A stretch of 20,376 bases of DNA. It comes from Fibrobacterota bacterium (GTDB lineage Bacteria > Fibrobacterota > Fibrobacteria > UBA11236). Position 1 is the first letter of the stretch. Each line of letters begins with the position of its first letter. The stretch is from contig JAYUVP010000200.1 in the NCBI GenBank assembly GCA_043753995.1, positions 1-20,376 on the forward strand. Reading direction: 5' to 3'. The notes beneath the pieces were generated by a model. It was not told the DNA's origin. It made no database searches and saw nothing but the letters and a program-made list of their open reading frames with translations. Position numbers and translations under genes: made by a program. This document shows positions 1 to 8,424 of the stretch, piece by piece.

Positions 1-439
1 ATGGGGAATGTAGGCCAAGTCGCTCCAGGGCTTTTCCTTGAATTTCCACAAAGCTTTTGGAACCTTCGCGCAAAGTCCACTGGGTTCCATCGCGATAGCG
101 CAAGAATTTGGAACTATCACCACTGCAGCCATCCCCCCCAAACATTGAGTCGAGCACAACTGTATCGGTTTTGATTTTATTTAGCAGGATAAGGATTGAG
201 TCCGTAGAAAAGAGATTTGATCCATCGATCAGGGAGTCGGTGTTGAATTTTGCAATCGCTTGATTCCATGCTTGATTGAGATTCGCATCCCCTGGAGTAA
301 TGCTAGTCTGATGCGAAGTCGAGACTGCGATCGAATCGCTCCGGGAAATTTCGTCTGTGGCTGGCTTTTTTTCCTGACAAGCCATCAGCAAAAAGCTCGA
401 AAAGAAAACCATGGTGACAAAGGAAATGGCCTTAGGCAT
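1..439 (-). CDS. Lipoprotein, probable immunity protein for the upstream 885-aa peptidoglycan hydrolase (partial, runs off the window)
   Basis: Not in the ORF track. Hand translation from ATG 439 gives MPKAISFVTMVFFSSFLLMACQEKKPATDEIS...GLHSP, open to position 1. Hydrophobic N-terminus ends in lipobox-like LLMA|C. Start overlaps the upstream stop by 8 nt (ATGCCTAA). Confidence 0.8.
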   Translation of the reverse strand, partial: MPKAISFVTMVFFSSFLLMACQEKKPATDEISRSDSIAVSTSHQTSITPGDANLNQAWNQAIAKFNTDSLIDGSNLFSTDSILILLNKIKTDTVVLDSMFGGDGCSGDSSKFLRYRDGTQWTLREGSKSFVEIQGKALERLGLHSP

Positions 440-3089
440 GCAATAAATCCTTGGCGCTACCGCCCTTGAGGCCGGCAAGGGTTTGGGTAAAGAAGGAGTC
501 GGCAAGGTAATTGGCCGCATATTGCCTCACATCGAAATGCACCCAGGTCGGGGCAATGTCTCCGGGCTCCAAAGATAGGCGATTGCTACCGCTCCATCCG
601 ATTTGCGCCGCCATGTGATCTTTGAAAAAGTTGCGCGCCAGGTCGCAGGATTGCCTCATGGTTTTTCCCGAGACAATCTTGATATGCAAATCGCAAGCTT
701 TTCCCATGTGATTGGTGGTTTTGCGCCCATGGGCTTCATTATCATGCCAGCAGCGATATCCAGAGAAAATATTATCCAATTGCAAGCCATATTCGGTGTG
801 CTTGGTGATGCGGAAAGCGAAAGCAGCGATAGACCAAAGCAAACCGCGATGCATGCCGGGATATTCGTATTTGTGGCGAGCCTCGGAAGGCGTTGATCCG
901 AAATATTCACCTTTGTATTTGCCACTACCAAAGCCGGCACATTTTCCGCAGGGGCAGCGCAAATGGTTTTTCCCATTGGGTGTTTCGGGTGAAATCAAAT
1001 GCGTGCCGGCGAATTCATCTAAGGCTGTCGCGGTTTCTTCATCGAATATGCCTGAAGGCGCGGCCTTGCCCAAGTACTCCTTTTGAAAGGTCTTGACGCG
1101 AGTTTCGGTTTTAGAATCGAATAATAGGGAAGGCTCGCCTTCACCGAAACCGGTAAGCCGAATATTGAGTTCTTGCACCCGCGTTCCCGTCGCTCCTTTT
1201 TTGAGCTGATTCGTCGCGGGCGCGGGTGAGGCGCCAGTGTTGGAGCTGGCCGGCGTTGCCGCATTTGATGGCGCCACCGCTGGAGTTTTTTCCTTGGCCA
1301 CGGGCTTGATTTCCGAGATCAGGAAAAGTTTGTCCCAACTGACGGCATCCGAATTGGCCAAATGTTGCATGCGTGCCTTCACCGAGTCCTTCAAATCGGC
1401 AATGGTGTCTTTCCAGAATTTTTTTTCATCCTGAACTTTGGCTAAGCCGGCGACCAGCTTACGCGCCCGGCCCACACCATTGTTGACCGAGCGGTCGTAA
1501 AGCAGGGCCAAGCCTTTTTGCGAAATCGAGGGAATGCCCGATTCATGCAGGGCTTTCAGGCAAGGATCCAAATATTGGGTCACGGCCTTCTCGTCTTGGC
1601 ATTCTTGAAAAGGCTTGTGCGACCCCGCGAGCTTGAACTTTTCCGTCCAATAAGATTGCCACAATTCGTGGCCACCCACCGGCTGGACGCTGGGGCGTCG
1701 GCGCACTTTTTTCAAACCAAGAGACTCTCCGTGATTGTCGAGGATCTCCTCGTTCTCAGAAACGAAGTCGCCTTTCTTCGTCAGAGTCTTTACCAAATCA
1801 TCGCTGTGCTCGCCGAAGACTTCCTTGAACTTGCCCCCATCCTTGGCCTGCATGGCTTTGACGACTTCACCCAGCGGTCCTTCCTGAGTGAATTGTATGG
1901 TGCCATAGGAAAGTCCGACATGGCGGGGCTTGTCAGAATATTTGGAATACGGCACATTCGGATCGCTTTTGTCGGGTTTGGAAGCCGATTTTCCGTCCTT
2001 ACCTTTTTTCCACCAGCCCTTGGGCAAATCCCATCGACCTTCGAATTCATAGTCGAGATTCATAGCCCAATAGGCCGACTCGCCTTTGCCACCTTCGGAG
2101 AGGGTGATGAGGCGCACCAATTCGATTTTATCTTCTTTGGTGATGGCCGAGTTGGTGGCTTCCGAAACAGGATGCGCAGCCTTCTCGGTGTAAGCGAGCT
2201 TTTTAATCCCCTCGCCCGTGATTTTGTGTTTGCCAGGTTTGGTTTTATCCAGGAGCACGACACCGTTTTTGGGAATGGTTTTCTGCTGGGTTTTACCGTC
2301 CGGCGTCGTGATGGTGATTTTTTTGCCTTCAAGTTTTCCCGCATGGCCCGGGCTCTCTTCGAAATGCAAAGACAGTTTAGAAATGAGAGGAATGTCGCTG
2401 GATTCGGCCTGCACCCCTTTGGCGCGAATTTGAAAGGCAAGTGAGGGTTGATGGTATTTGCCTCCCTCCTTATCCAATTCGCTTTGCGTGCGGACCTTTC
2501 GCGCTTTTTCCGTCATTTGCACGCGGGTCGATATTTCAATTTTTCCGCTTTTTACGGGAGCTTCAGCATCGAGCAAAACCGGCGATCCGAATTTTTTCGC
2601 ATGCACATGCATCATCAGCCGTATGTGGGCCATATCGCCCTCGCTCAGGCCTTTGACCTTGGCCTGCAGGCGAAGGAGTTGCCCTTCTTCGGCGGCTTCG
2701 GGAGCGCTTTCTTCCGTTGCCTTCAGCCACTTTAAATCGCTGAATTCGACCGGCATACCGACCTTTGCCCCACCGCCGACAAGCTTGAGACCGTGGGCCG
2801 GCAGGGACGCTTCAAGTGTCATGCCTCCGGTTCTGTTGCCCGGAGCGATACGGTAACGTGCCCGATACATATTGGAATAAATGCTGCCTTTAAGCGTCTC
2901 CAGGGTTTTGCCCTGCAAGTCCTTGATGGCGACTTCAACCTTTGCGCCGTCTCCGACATAGGCGGTGATGACTTCGAGAACAGCCTCGCCATTTCCGGCG
3001 ATGTCATTTTCAAGCCAGCGGGCGAGCAGCAAATAAGACTGCAATTTTATTTTGACGACTTGGTCGGTTTGTCCTTGGTGGGTAGGCAT
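432..3089 (-). CDS. Putative T6SS cargo effector: N-terminal Ig/transthyretin-like modules + lysozyme-like glycoside hydrolase + PG-binding domain + M15 Zn peptidase
   Basis: 885 aa, no signal peptide. C-terminal M15 motifs: LRCPCGKC, SGYRC..N, NHMGKACD, WVHFDVR. PG_binding_1-like segment: LKKGATGTRVQELNIRL...FDSKTETRVKTFQKEY...SGIFDEETATAL. Central SEGG...GLSYGTIQFTQ...YDRSVNNG resembles lysozyme-fold hydrolases. Lies in a vgrG/PAAR operon and is followed by a lipoprotein. Confidence 0.8.
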   Translation of the reverse strand: MPTHQGQTDQVVKIKLQSYLLLARWLENDIAGNGEAVLEVITAYVGDGAKVEVAIKDLQGKTLETLKGSIYSNMYRARYRIAPGNRTGGMTLEASLPAHGLKLVGGGAKVGMPVEFSDLKWLKATEESAPEAAEEGQLLRLQAKVKGLSEGDMAHIRLMMHVHAKKFGSPVLLDAEAPVKSGKIEISTRVQMTEKARKVRTQSELDKEGGKYHQPSLAFQIRAKGVQAESSDIPLISKLSLHFEESPGHAGKLEGKKITITTPDGKTQQKTIPKNGVVLLDKTKPGKHKITGEGIKKLAYTEKAAHPVSEATNSAITKEDKIELVRLITLSEGGKGESAYWAMNLDYEFEGRWDLPKGWWKKGKDGKSASKPDKSDPNVPYSKYSDKPRHVGLSYGTIQFTQEGPLGEVVKAMQAKDGGKFKEVFGEHSDDLVKTLTKKGDFVSENEEILDNHGESLGLKKVRRRPSVQPVGGHELWQSYWTEKFKLAGSHKPFQECQDEKAVTQYLDPCLKALHESGIPSISQKGLALLYDRSVNNGVGRARKLVAGLAKVQDEKKFWKDTIADLKDSVKARMQHLANSDAVSWDKLFLISEIKPVAKEKTPAVAPSNAATPASSNTGASPAPATNQLKKGATGTRVQELNIRLTGFGEGEPSLLFDSKTETRVKTFQKEYLGKAAPSGIFDEETATALDEFAGTHLISPETPNGKNHLRCPCGKCAGFGSGKYKGEYFGSTPSEARHKYEYPGMHRGLLWSIAAFAFRITKHTEYGLQLDNIFSGYRCWHDNEAHGRKTTNHMGKACDLHIKIVSGKTMRQSCDLARNFFKDHMAAQIGWSGSNRLSLEPGDIAPTWVHFDVRQYAANYLADSFFTQTLAGLKGGSAKDLLHA

Positions 3090-3105
3090 GGGCTGTTCTT
3101 AGGCC

Positions 3106-6100
3106 TTAGGAAATGGTGATGGCGGCGGTTGGCGTATTCACGGCTCCGGAAAGAGCCCGTAAGACAAGAGTGCCGATATTGTTGGGCCTCACAAAAAAGG
3201 TGAATTGCCCATTGTCGGCGGCTATGAAGGCATGCGAATTCACGGCAATGGTAGAGGCCGGTCCCGACACGACGGAGAGGGTGACATTCCCGGCGAAATT
3301 TGGCACTCGATTGCCACCCGTATCGCGAGGAATGACGGTGACCGGAAAGCTGACGCCGCGGTTTTGATTTGGGCCCACTTCAAAGCCGAAAGCTGTCACG
3401 GCCGCAGGCGCATTGACGGTGATGGCCGCCGAGTCGCTGGTCACTCCACCTTGGACCGCTCGGATTTGGAAATTCCCCGCCGTATAGGCGACCAAGGCCA
3501 AGGGCTTGACGCCGCGATCGGCATCGCTGAAATCCAAGTGATCGTTGGGATTGCTGGGTTGGTTATTGAAGAAGACGCCGCGATTCGCACCACCCACCCC
3601 CGAACCCGCCATGGCGCCGGGTTGGGTGGAGATGAGGACTCGATTGGAATAGTCATGCTTCAAATTGCCGAAGGCATCACGCGCACGCACTTCATAATTC
3701 ACATTCGCACCGGCGGCTATGGCATTCACGCCCGTGATGTCGAAATGATGCAAAGCGCCTGGCAAGAGGTTCAGGCTGGAGCTTTCCCCGGAAACCGCCT
3801 CGCGCACGGCCTGTAATTTCGTTGCTCCCGCGGTATAAACGAAAACGGAGAATTCGAATTTTCCGCGATCACCGGCGACGAAATTATGCTTGAACTTTTG
3901 AATGTCGAAGGCATCGGCCTGGGCATCAGCAACATGCACACCGCGCTTGGTGGCGGGCGGATTGGCGCCTTCCTGACCCATTTGTCCCTCGATCACGCGC
4001 AAGTCCACTTGTCCGGTGAAGTTCGTTTTGACGCGGTCGTGGGTGTCTAATACCGTGACTGTGAATTTCAGTCTGTCTCCCACTCGCGGCGGAGTCGCAG
4101 TCACACTCGCGCCATTGAAATGCGTCACTTCGACACGCAAGCCGCCTAAAGGCCCCGGCGGTCCCACATGAATAATGGGCGAGGCGGAATCGTCATTGTG
4201 CCCGGCTCCATCGGTAGCCGTTAGCCGGAAATTTTCCACGGTATGATTGCGCACGGTGAAGGTGGCCATGCCATTCGCGACCGCGATTGCGGTGGAAGCG
4301 CCTGCGATATTGCCGTTGATGTGAACGCCGGTAGAATTGACTCCGACGAGCGCTCCTGCCGTGCCATTGTGGCCGATATTGACATTGCCGTTGAAGTCGG
4401 TTTTCAAATTGCCCATGGCGTCGGCTGCGAATAAGGTCACGGTCAAATCCTCCGCGACCGAGGCACCTTCCCCGTGAACGAGGACGAAGTGATGCAAGGC
4501 CTGGGGGCGAATAGTCCAATGAAACACGAAGTCATCGAATTCCTCGACATGCGCCACAATTTGGGCCAAGTCGGCATTGCCTGTGGCCTCGGGACCGGTA
4601 ATGCCCGCCTTATTGCGCATGCGCGTGATTTGATCCAAGGGCATGAAGCTCAGGGTCGGCGCGCGCGCGAAAAGAGGATTGCTCGGATCAATGGTATTGG
4701 GGTAGATGCACAAGCGGCTGTAGCGCGCCAATTCCTCGCGCTTGGCGCTGAACTGGCACAGGAACCAAAGCGTTACGCCATTGGCTGCGACGGTGAAAGG
4801 GAAATTGGGTAGAAGGGTTCCCGCCAGGGGTCCGGCAGGCATGCGTAAATCCTGCGCGCGCGCCCAGGTGGTGGCCCGGCGATTGGCCTGGGGCAAAGCG
4901 GCGGCGCCATCTTCTACGGGCAAAAAACTCCCGTCGGCGCGCTTGAAATAAATCTGGGCATCGGCAATAGGCGAGCGAATTTCAAAGCCATACCAAGTGG
5001 TGGCGGCATGATCGCGCCCCGTCAATTGATCGAAATGCGCGGTGGCCAGGATATTGGCCCCGCCTGCCGGATTGGGAATGCGCTGCTCGCTGGGCAAACC
5101 GTCATTCACCGCCGCCAAAACCGCTTTCCAAAAATGCACGCGGCGGAAACCGGCGAGATCCGAAGGCACCAATTGTGGGTCGGGATTGACTGCCGCACCC
5201 GGCAAATACCGTCCTCGCTGAGCGGCGGGCGCCAATGCCAAGGATGGCAATAAATCGGCGGTCGCTTCGAGCATTTCGATGATGCGCGGCATATTCGCGC
5301 CTTGCTGCAAAATCGGATTCGCCAACATCATTTCTGCCGCGACTCCGGCTGTCATGGGTGTGGAGAAGGATGTGCCGCTGATAGGGGCTATGGTCACGGC
5401 ATTGGGCGTGGTCGTGGTCGACTGTAAGGCGCGGACATTTTGGCCGGGCATGGCGATAGAGACTTCATCGCCTAGGAAGGTGAAACTAGTGGGGAATTCG
5501 GTAATGCCAGAAGTATGTGCGGCGCCACTCAAAGCCTGAGTTGATGCTCCGACAGCCATGACGCTGCGGCGATAAAGATTATTGCCGGTGAGGCTACTAC
5601 GCTTTTGCGCTCGACGCGGGGCATGGTTTCCGCTTTCGGTGTGCAGGACGTCGCGACGAGCCAATTGCGAGGGTGAGGTTTGGACATTGGCTGCAGCTAG
5701 GAAAAACAACTTGCCAGCCGTCACCATGGTGCGTGCGGCTTGGCGTATGGCATTTTGTTGATTCACTGACAACGTATCGAAAAAGCGGACATCGAAAGAA
5801 GTGGAGACGACTTTCACTTCCGGATCGTTTTGCATGATACGGTAGCGGGCAAGGGAGCCGAGAAAATCCGTATCGCTAGTGCCGGAAAAAGACTTGACTG
5901 GACGAAATTTCACATCCTTGCCTGTGCCTAAAACGACTTGGCGAGCATTTCTCGACGCGCCGCCGATTTCATCTCCCACCCCGTCGGCAGCCATGGTGGT
6001 CATCACCGAGGTCCCATGGGGCGTGGCTTCATCAGTCATGACGAGATTCTGAGCCGGGCTCAACTGCACGAAGAGAAAGTTCGAAGCGTTTTTTCCGACT

Positions 6101-8415
6101 ATGGTTCCACTCAAGTCCCCATCCCGAAAAACGCGATGGGTGGTGACTCCGGAATCACCGATCAAGGTGGGCCGGACAAGACGGCGCCCACGCACGAAAA
6201 GCCGATTGGAAATATCACGTCGATCACCACTGAAATCATCATTGTGGCCGAAACCCGAATCCCAGCACCCCACGGCGACAGGGGGATTATCGCCGCCTTG
6301 GGCGGGAGCATCCGGCTCCGGGGCAATCCAGGCAGGGTAGGGGGCAAGGGCGCCGCGCTGCGTGATGTCCACTGGCAGCGGAGGTGCGGTGCGCAAGACA
6401 AAGGTGATGCGTCGGTTTTGCGCATTGGTCGGGTCGGAGGGAATGAGGGGAAAGGCTTCGCCTGCCGCAAATAAGGCCGGTTGCCCGGCGCCGTCGCGAT
6501 GAAAATCCGTGGCCTGCAAAGGGGTCGGCACCAAATCATCCATATAATCCGAAATCAGTTGGCGGCGCGCAGCGCGATTCAATTGACCGGAACCATTGTC
6601 GGGCAAACCTTTTTTCTGAAGGAATTTACGCGAGGCGGCACGAGTGGAGGGATCGGAAACACCATTCACGGGACCCTGATAAAAATCCAGGTGCTTGAGC
6701 ATGAATTGCAATTCCGACGTACCCCAAGGTGTTTCCACGATCAGCGGTGTGCCATCGATGCGCGTCAGCCAGGTGTCTGGATTTTTGATGAGCAGGGCAT
6801 GGGCGATTTCAGCCCGGAACTGGGAGAGCGTGGTATTATGCGCATCCTCGCCGCTGGCGTCCGCATGTCCGAATATGGCCATTTTGCGGCTGGGATTATC
6901 GCTCTGCGCTTGCAGGGCCGCCCTCACCGAGGGTTTGCAAGAAGGCAGAATAAAGGTCTTGTTCAAAAAATGGCTGCCTTCGAGAATGACTGAGGGCGGA
7001 GCCGTGGTGCCGAAGCGAATATGGTCGATCAGTCTATGCGCGGGAAAGGTGTGAATGTAAAAGTGATGGAAATAATCGGTGGCGGCATTGGTGAAGGAAT
7101 GATTGCCGGCGGTAAAATCACGACGAAAAGCTTCCGCCAATTTTTCGGTCACCACTTCCGGGCCGCCGGTTGCGACATCCAAGCCGAAACTCTCGATGCC
7201 AGGCAAATGCGCTTCATTGGCAAAAGCCACATAGGACGCCAGGGCATTGCCGGCTACGTAAATCGCGGTAGAGGCCTGAACAATGCGGTATTGCGGTGCT
7301 ATGCCTTGCGGTATCAAATGCAAAGCATGTAGAGTTTGCGACAGCTCTTTCCATTTCGTGCCGTCTTTGAAATCAAGCAAAACGTGATTGGCGGAAATGT
7401 CGATGACTTTTTCGCCTTCCTTCGTTTCGTCCATGCCGTAATTCCAACCGACGACAATATCCTCGTCATCCTCGTAAATCAGGAAATGCGCTTCATAAAC
7501 CGTTTCCCCGCTACTCGTATCTTGGATGAGAATGCGATTTTCGCCGAGCAAAAGCATGCCCAGAAATTGGGACTCCTGTTCCGGATCGTCATAGATTCGC
7601 GTGCGGGGAGTGGGGGAAGTCCAAGTTCCGGTGATCGCGTTTTCTTCTGGGTTTACGGCCTTCGGCATTGCAGCTTTGTCCGTCACCGCCCCGGCGGGAT
7701 TCAAAAAGCGCGTGATATCCAATTGATCGGGCGTTTCATTTTGTCCGTCATCGAGCAATACGCGTAAATTGTTGGCGCCGATTTGCGGACAAATAAGCTT
7801 AATCCCCGAAGCTCGGTCTTTGAATATTCCGAATCGTATCGAGCGAAATTTACCGTCGTCACTGTCTTTCAATTGCACGTCCAGGCAGCCGAATTTGCGC
7901 TTATGAGTCCCGACTTCAAGCGTGCCTTCGACTTCAAAGCCCACCGCATCGCCCTTGGAAATGTCGATGGCCAGCACGTCCTCGAACGGCGCGGCATCGG
8001 CGCTGCCATCGCCGTAGGTGAGCAAAACGAACTTTTCCGATACCCAAACATTGCCTTTTAATTCCAGGGGAATCTCTTTTGTTACGCTACCTGCTTTTAA
8101 CGTGGCCTTCACCGGTGCGCTTTGCCCTTGCACCTCGCTGGCATCGATTTCAATTTGCGCCAAAGACGCCGGCTCTGGGCGGCGATTCAGTTTTTTCAAC
8201 AAAGCGACGACGGCTTTGGGCACGGGACAAAACACGGCGCTGGAACCAAGCTCGCTTGCCGTGTTTTCCGCGCTATCGGAATAGGGCGTGAAATAATCTT
8301 TTCCCCGCAAGATCCGGATTTTGGGAATTCCCCGCAAACGGATTTGCGCGGTTTCTCCGGTGAATAGGCCATTCTCTTCTTGGCCATCAAGCACGATTTG
8401 CCGTAATTCGCCCAT
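3106..8415 (-). CDS. Large S8 subtilisin-like serine protease with inserted OmpA-like and PG-binding domains and C-terminal Ig-like repeats; putative T6SS-associated effector
   Basis: 1769 aa, no signal peptide. S8 catalytic motifs in order: VAVGCWDSGFG (Asp), PHGTSVM (His), AAAN (oxyanion Asn), SGTSFSTPMTAGVAA (Ser). OmpA_C motifs: IFGHADASGEDAHNTTLSQFRA, AGEAFP...NRRITF. Four C-terminal repeats of the form V...D..GN...F.G.V. Confidence 0.85.
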   Translation of the reverse strand: MGELRQIVLDGQEENGLFTGETAQIRLRGIPKIRILRGKDYFTPYSDSAENTASELGSSAVFCPVPKAVVALLKKLNRRPEPASLAQIEIDASEVQGQSAPVKATLKAGSVTKEIPLELKGNVWVSEKFVLLTYGDGSADAAPFEDVLAIDISKGDAVGFEVEGTLEVGTHKRKFGCLDVQLKDSDDGKFRSIRFGIFKDRASGIKLICPQIGANNLRVLLDDGQNETPDQLDITRFLNPAGAVTDKAAMPKAVNPEENAITGTWTSPTPRTRIYDDPEQESQFLGMLLLGENRILIQDTSSGETVYEAHFLIYEDDEDIVVGWNYGMDETKEGEKVIDISANHVLLDFKDGTKWKELSQTLHALHLIPQGIAPQYRIVQASTAIYVAGNALASYVAFANEAHLPGIESFGLDVATGGPEVVTEKLAEAFRRDFTAGNHSFTNAATDYFHHFYIHTFPAHRLIDHIRFGTTAPPSVILEGSHFLNKTFILPSCKPSVRAALQAQSDNPSRKMAIFGHADASGEDAHNTTLSQFRAEIAHALLIKNPDTWLTRIDGTPLIVETPWGTSELQFMLKHLDFYQGPVNGVSDPSTRAASRKFLQKKGLPDNGSGQLNRAARRQLISDYMDDLVPTPLQATDFHRDGAGQPALFAAGEAFPLIPSDPTNAQNRRITFVLRTAPPLPVDITQRGALAPYPAWIAPEPDAPAQGGDNPPVAVGCWDSGFGHNDDFSGDRRDISNRLFVRGRRLVRPTLIGDSGVTTHRVFRDGDLSGTIVGKNASNFLFVQLSPAQNLVMTDEATPHGTSVMTTMAADGVGDEIGGASRNARQVVLGTGKDVKFRPVKSFSGTSDTDFLGSLARYRIMQNDPEVKVVSTSFDVRFFDTLSVNQQNAIRQAARTMVTAGKLFFLAAANVQTSPSQLARRDVLHTESGNHAPRRAQKRSSLTGNNLYRRSVMAVGASTQALSGAAHTSGITEFPTSFTFLGDEVSIAMPGQNVRALQSTTTTPNAVTIAPISGTSFSTPMTAGVAAEMMLANPILQQGANMPRIIEMLEATADLLPSLALAPAAQRGRYLPGAAVNPDPQLVPSDLAGFRRVHFWKAVLAAVNDGLPSEQRIPNPAGGANILATAHFDQLTGRDHAATTWYGFEIRSPIADAQIYFKRADGSFLPVEDGAAALPQANRRATTWARAQDLRMPAGPLAGTLLPNFPFTVAANGVTLWFLCQFSAKREELARYSRLCIYPNTIDPSNPLFARAPTLSFMPLDQITRMRNKAGITGPEATGNADLAQIVAHVEEFDDFVFHWTIRPQALHHFVLVHGEGASVAEDLTVTLFAADAMGNLKTDFNGNVNIGHNGTAGALVGVNSTGVHINGNIAGASTAIAVANGMATFTVRNHTVENFRLTATDGAGHNDDSASPIIHVGPPGPLGGLRVEVTHFNGASVTATPPRVGDRLKFTVTVLDTHDRVKTNFTGQVDLRVIEGQMGQEGANPPATKRGVHVADAQADAFDIQKFKHNFVAGDRGKFEFSVFVYTAGATKLQAVREAVSGESSSLNLLPGALHHFDITGVNAIAAGANVNYEVRARDAFGNLKHDYSNRVLISTQPGAMAGSGVGGANRGVFFNNQPSNPNDHLDFSDADRGVKPLALVAYTAGNFQIRAVQGGVTSDSAAITVNAPAAVTAFGFEVGPNQNRGVSFPVTVIPRDTGGNRVPNFAGNVTLSVVSGPASTIAVNSHAFIAADNGQFTFFVRPNNIGTLVLRALSGAVNTPTAAITIS
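3112..4500 (-). repeat. Four tandem diverged Ig-like (Big/invasin-type) protein repeats at the C-terminus of the S8 protein
   Basis: Repeat cores: VTLFAADAMGNLKTDFNGNVNI, VTVLDTHDRVKTNFTGQVDL, VRARDAFGNLKHDYSNRVLI, VIPRDTGGNRVPNFAGNVTL. Also HNFVAGDRG, HLDFSDADRG, HAFIAADNG. Confidence 0.7.
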
Positions 8416-8424
8416 GATTTCACC

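Noticed and set aside
1518..2444. 308-aa plus-strand ORF and the many other antisense or alternate-frame ORFs in the track
   Set aside because: They lie entirely within motif-bearing minus-strand genes, have no recognisable domains, and are expected shadows in GC-rich coding DNA.
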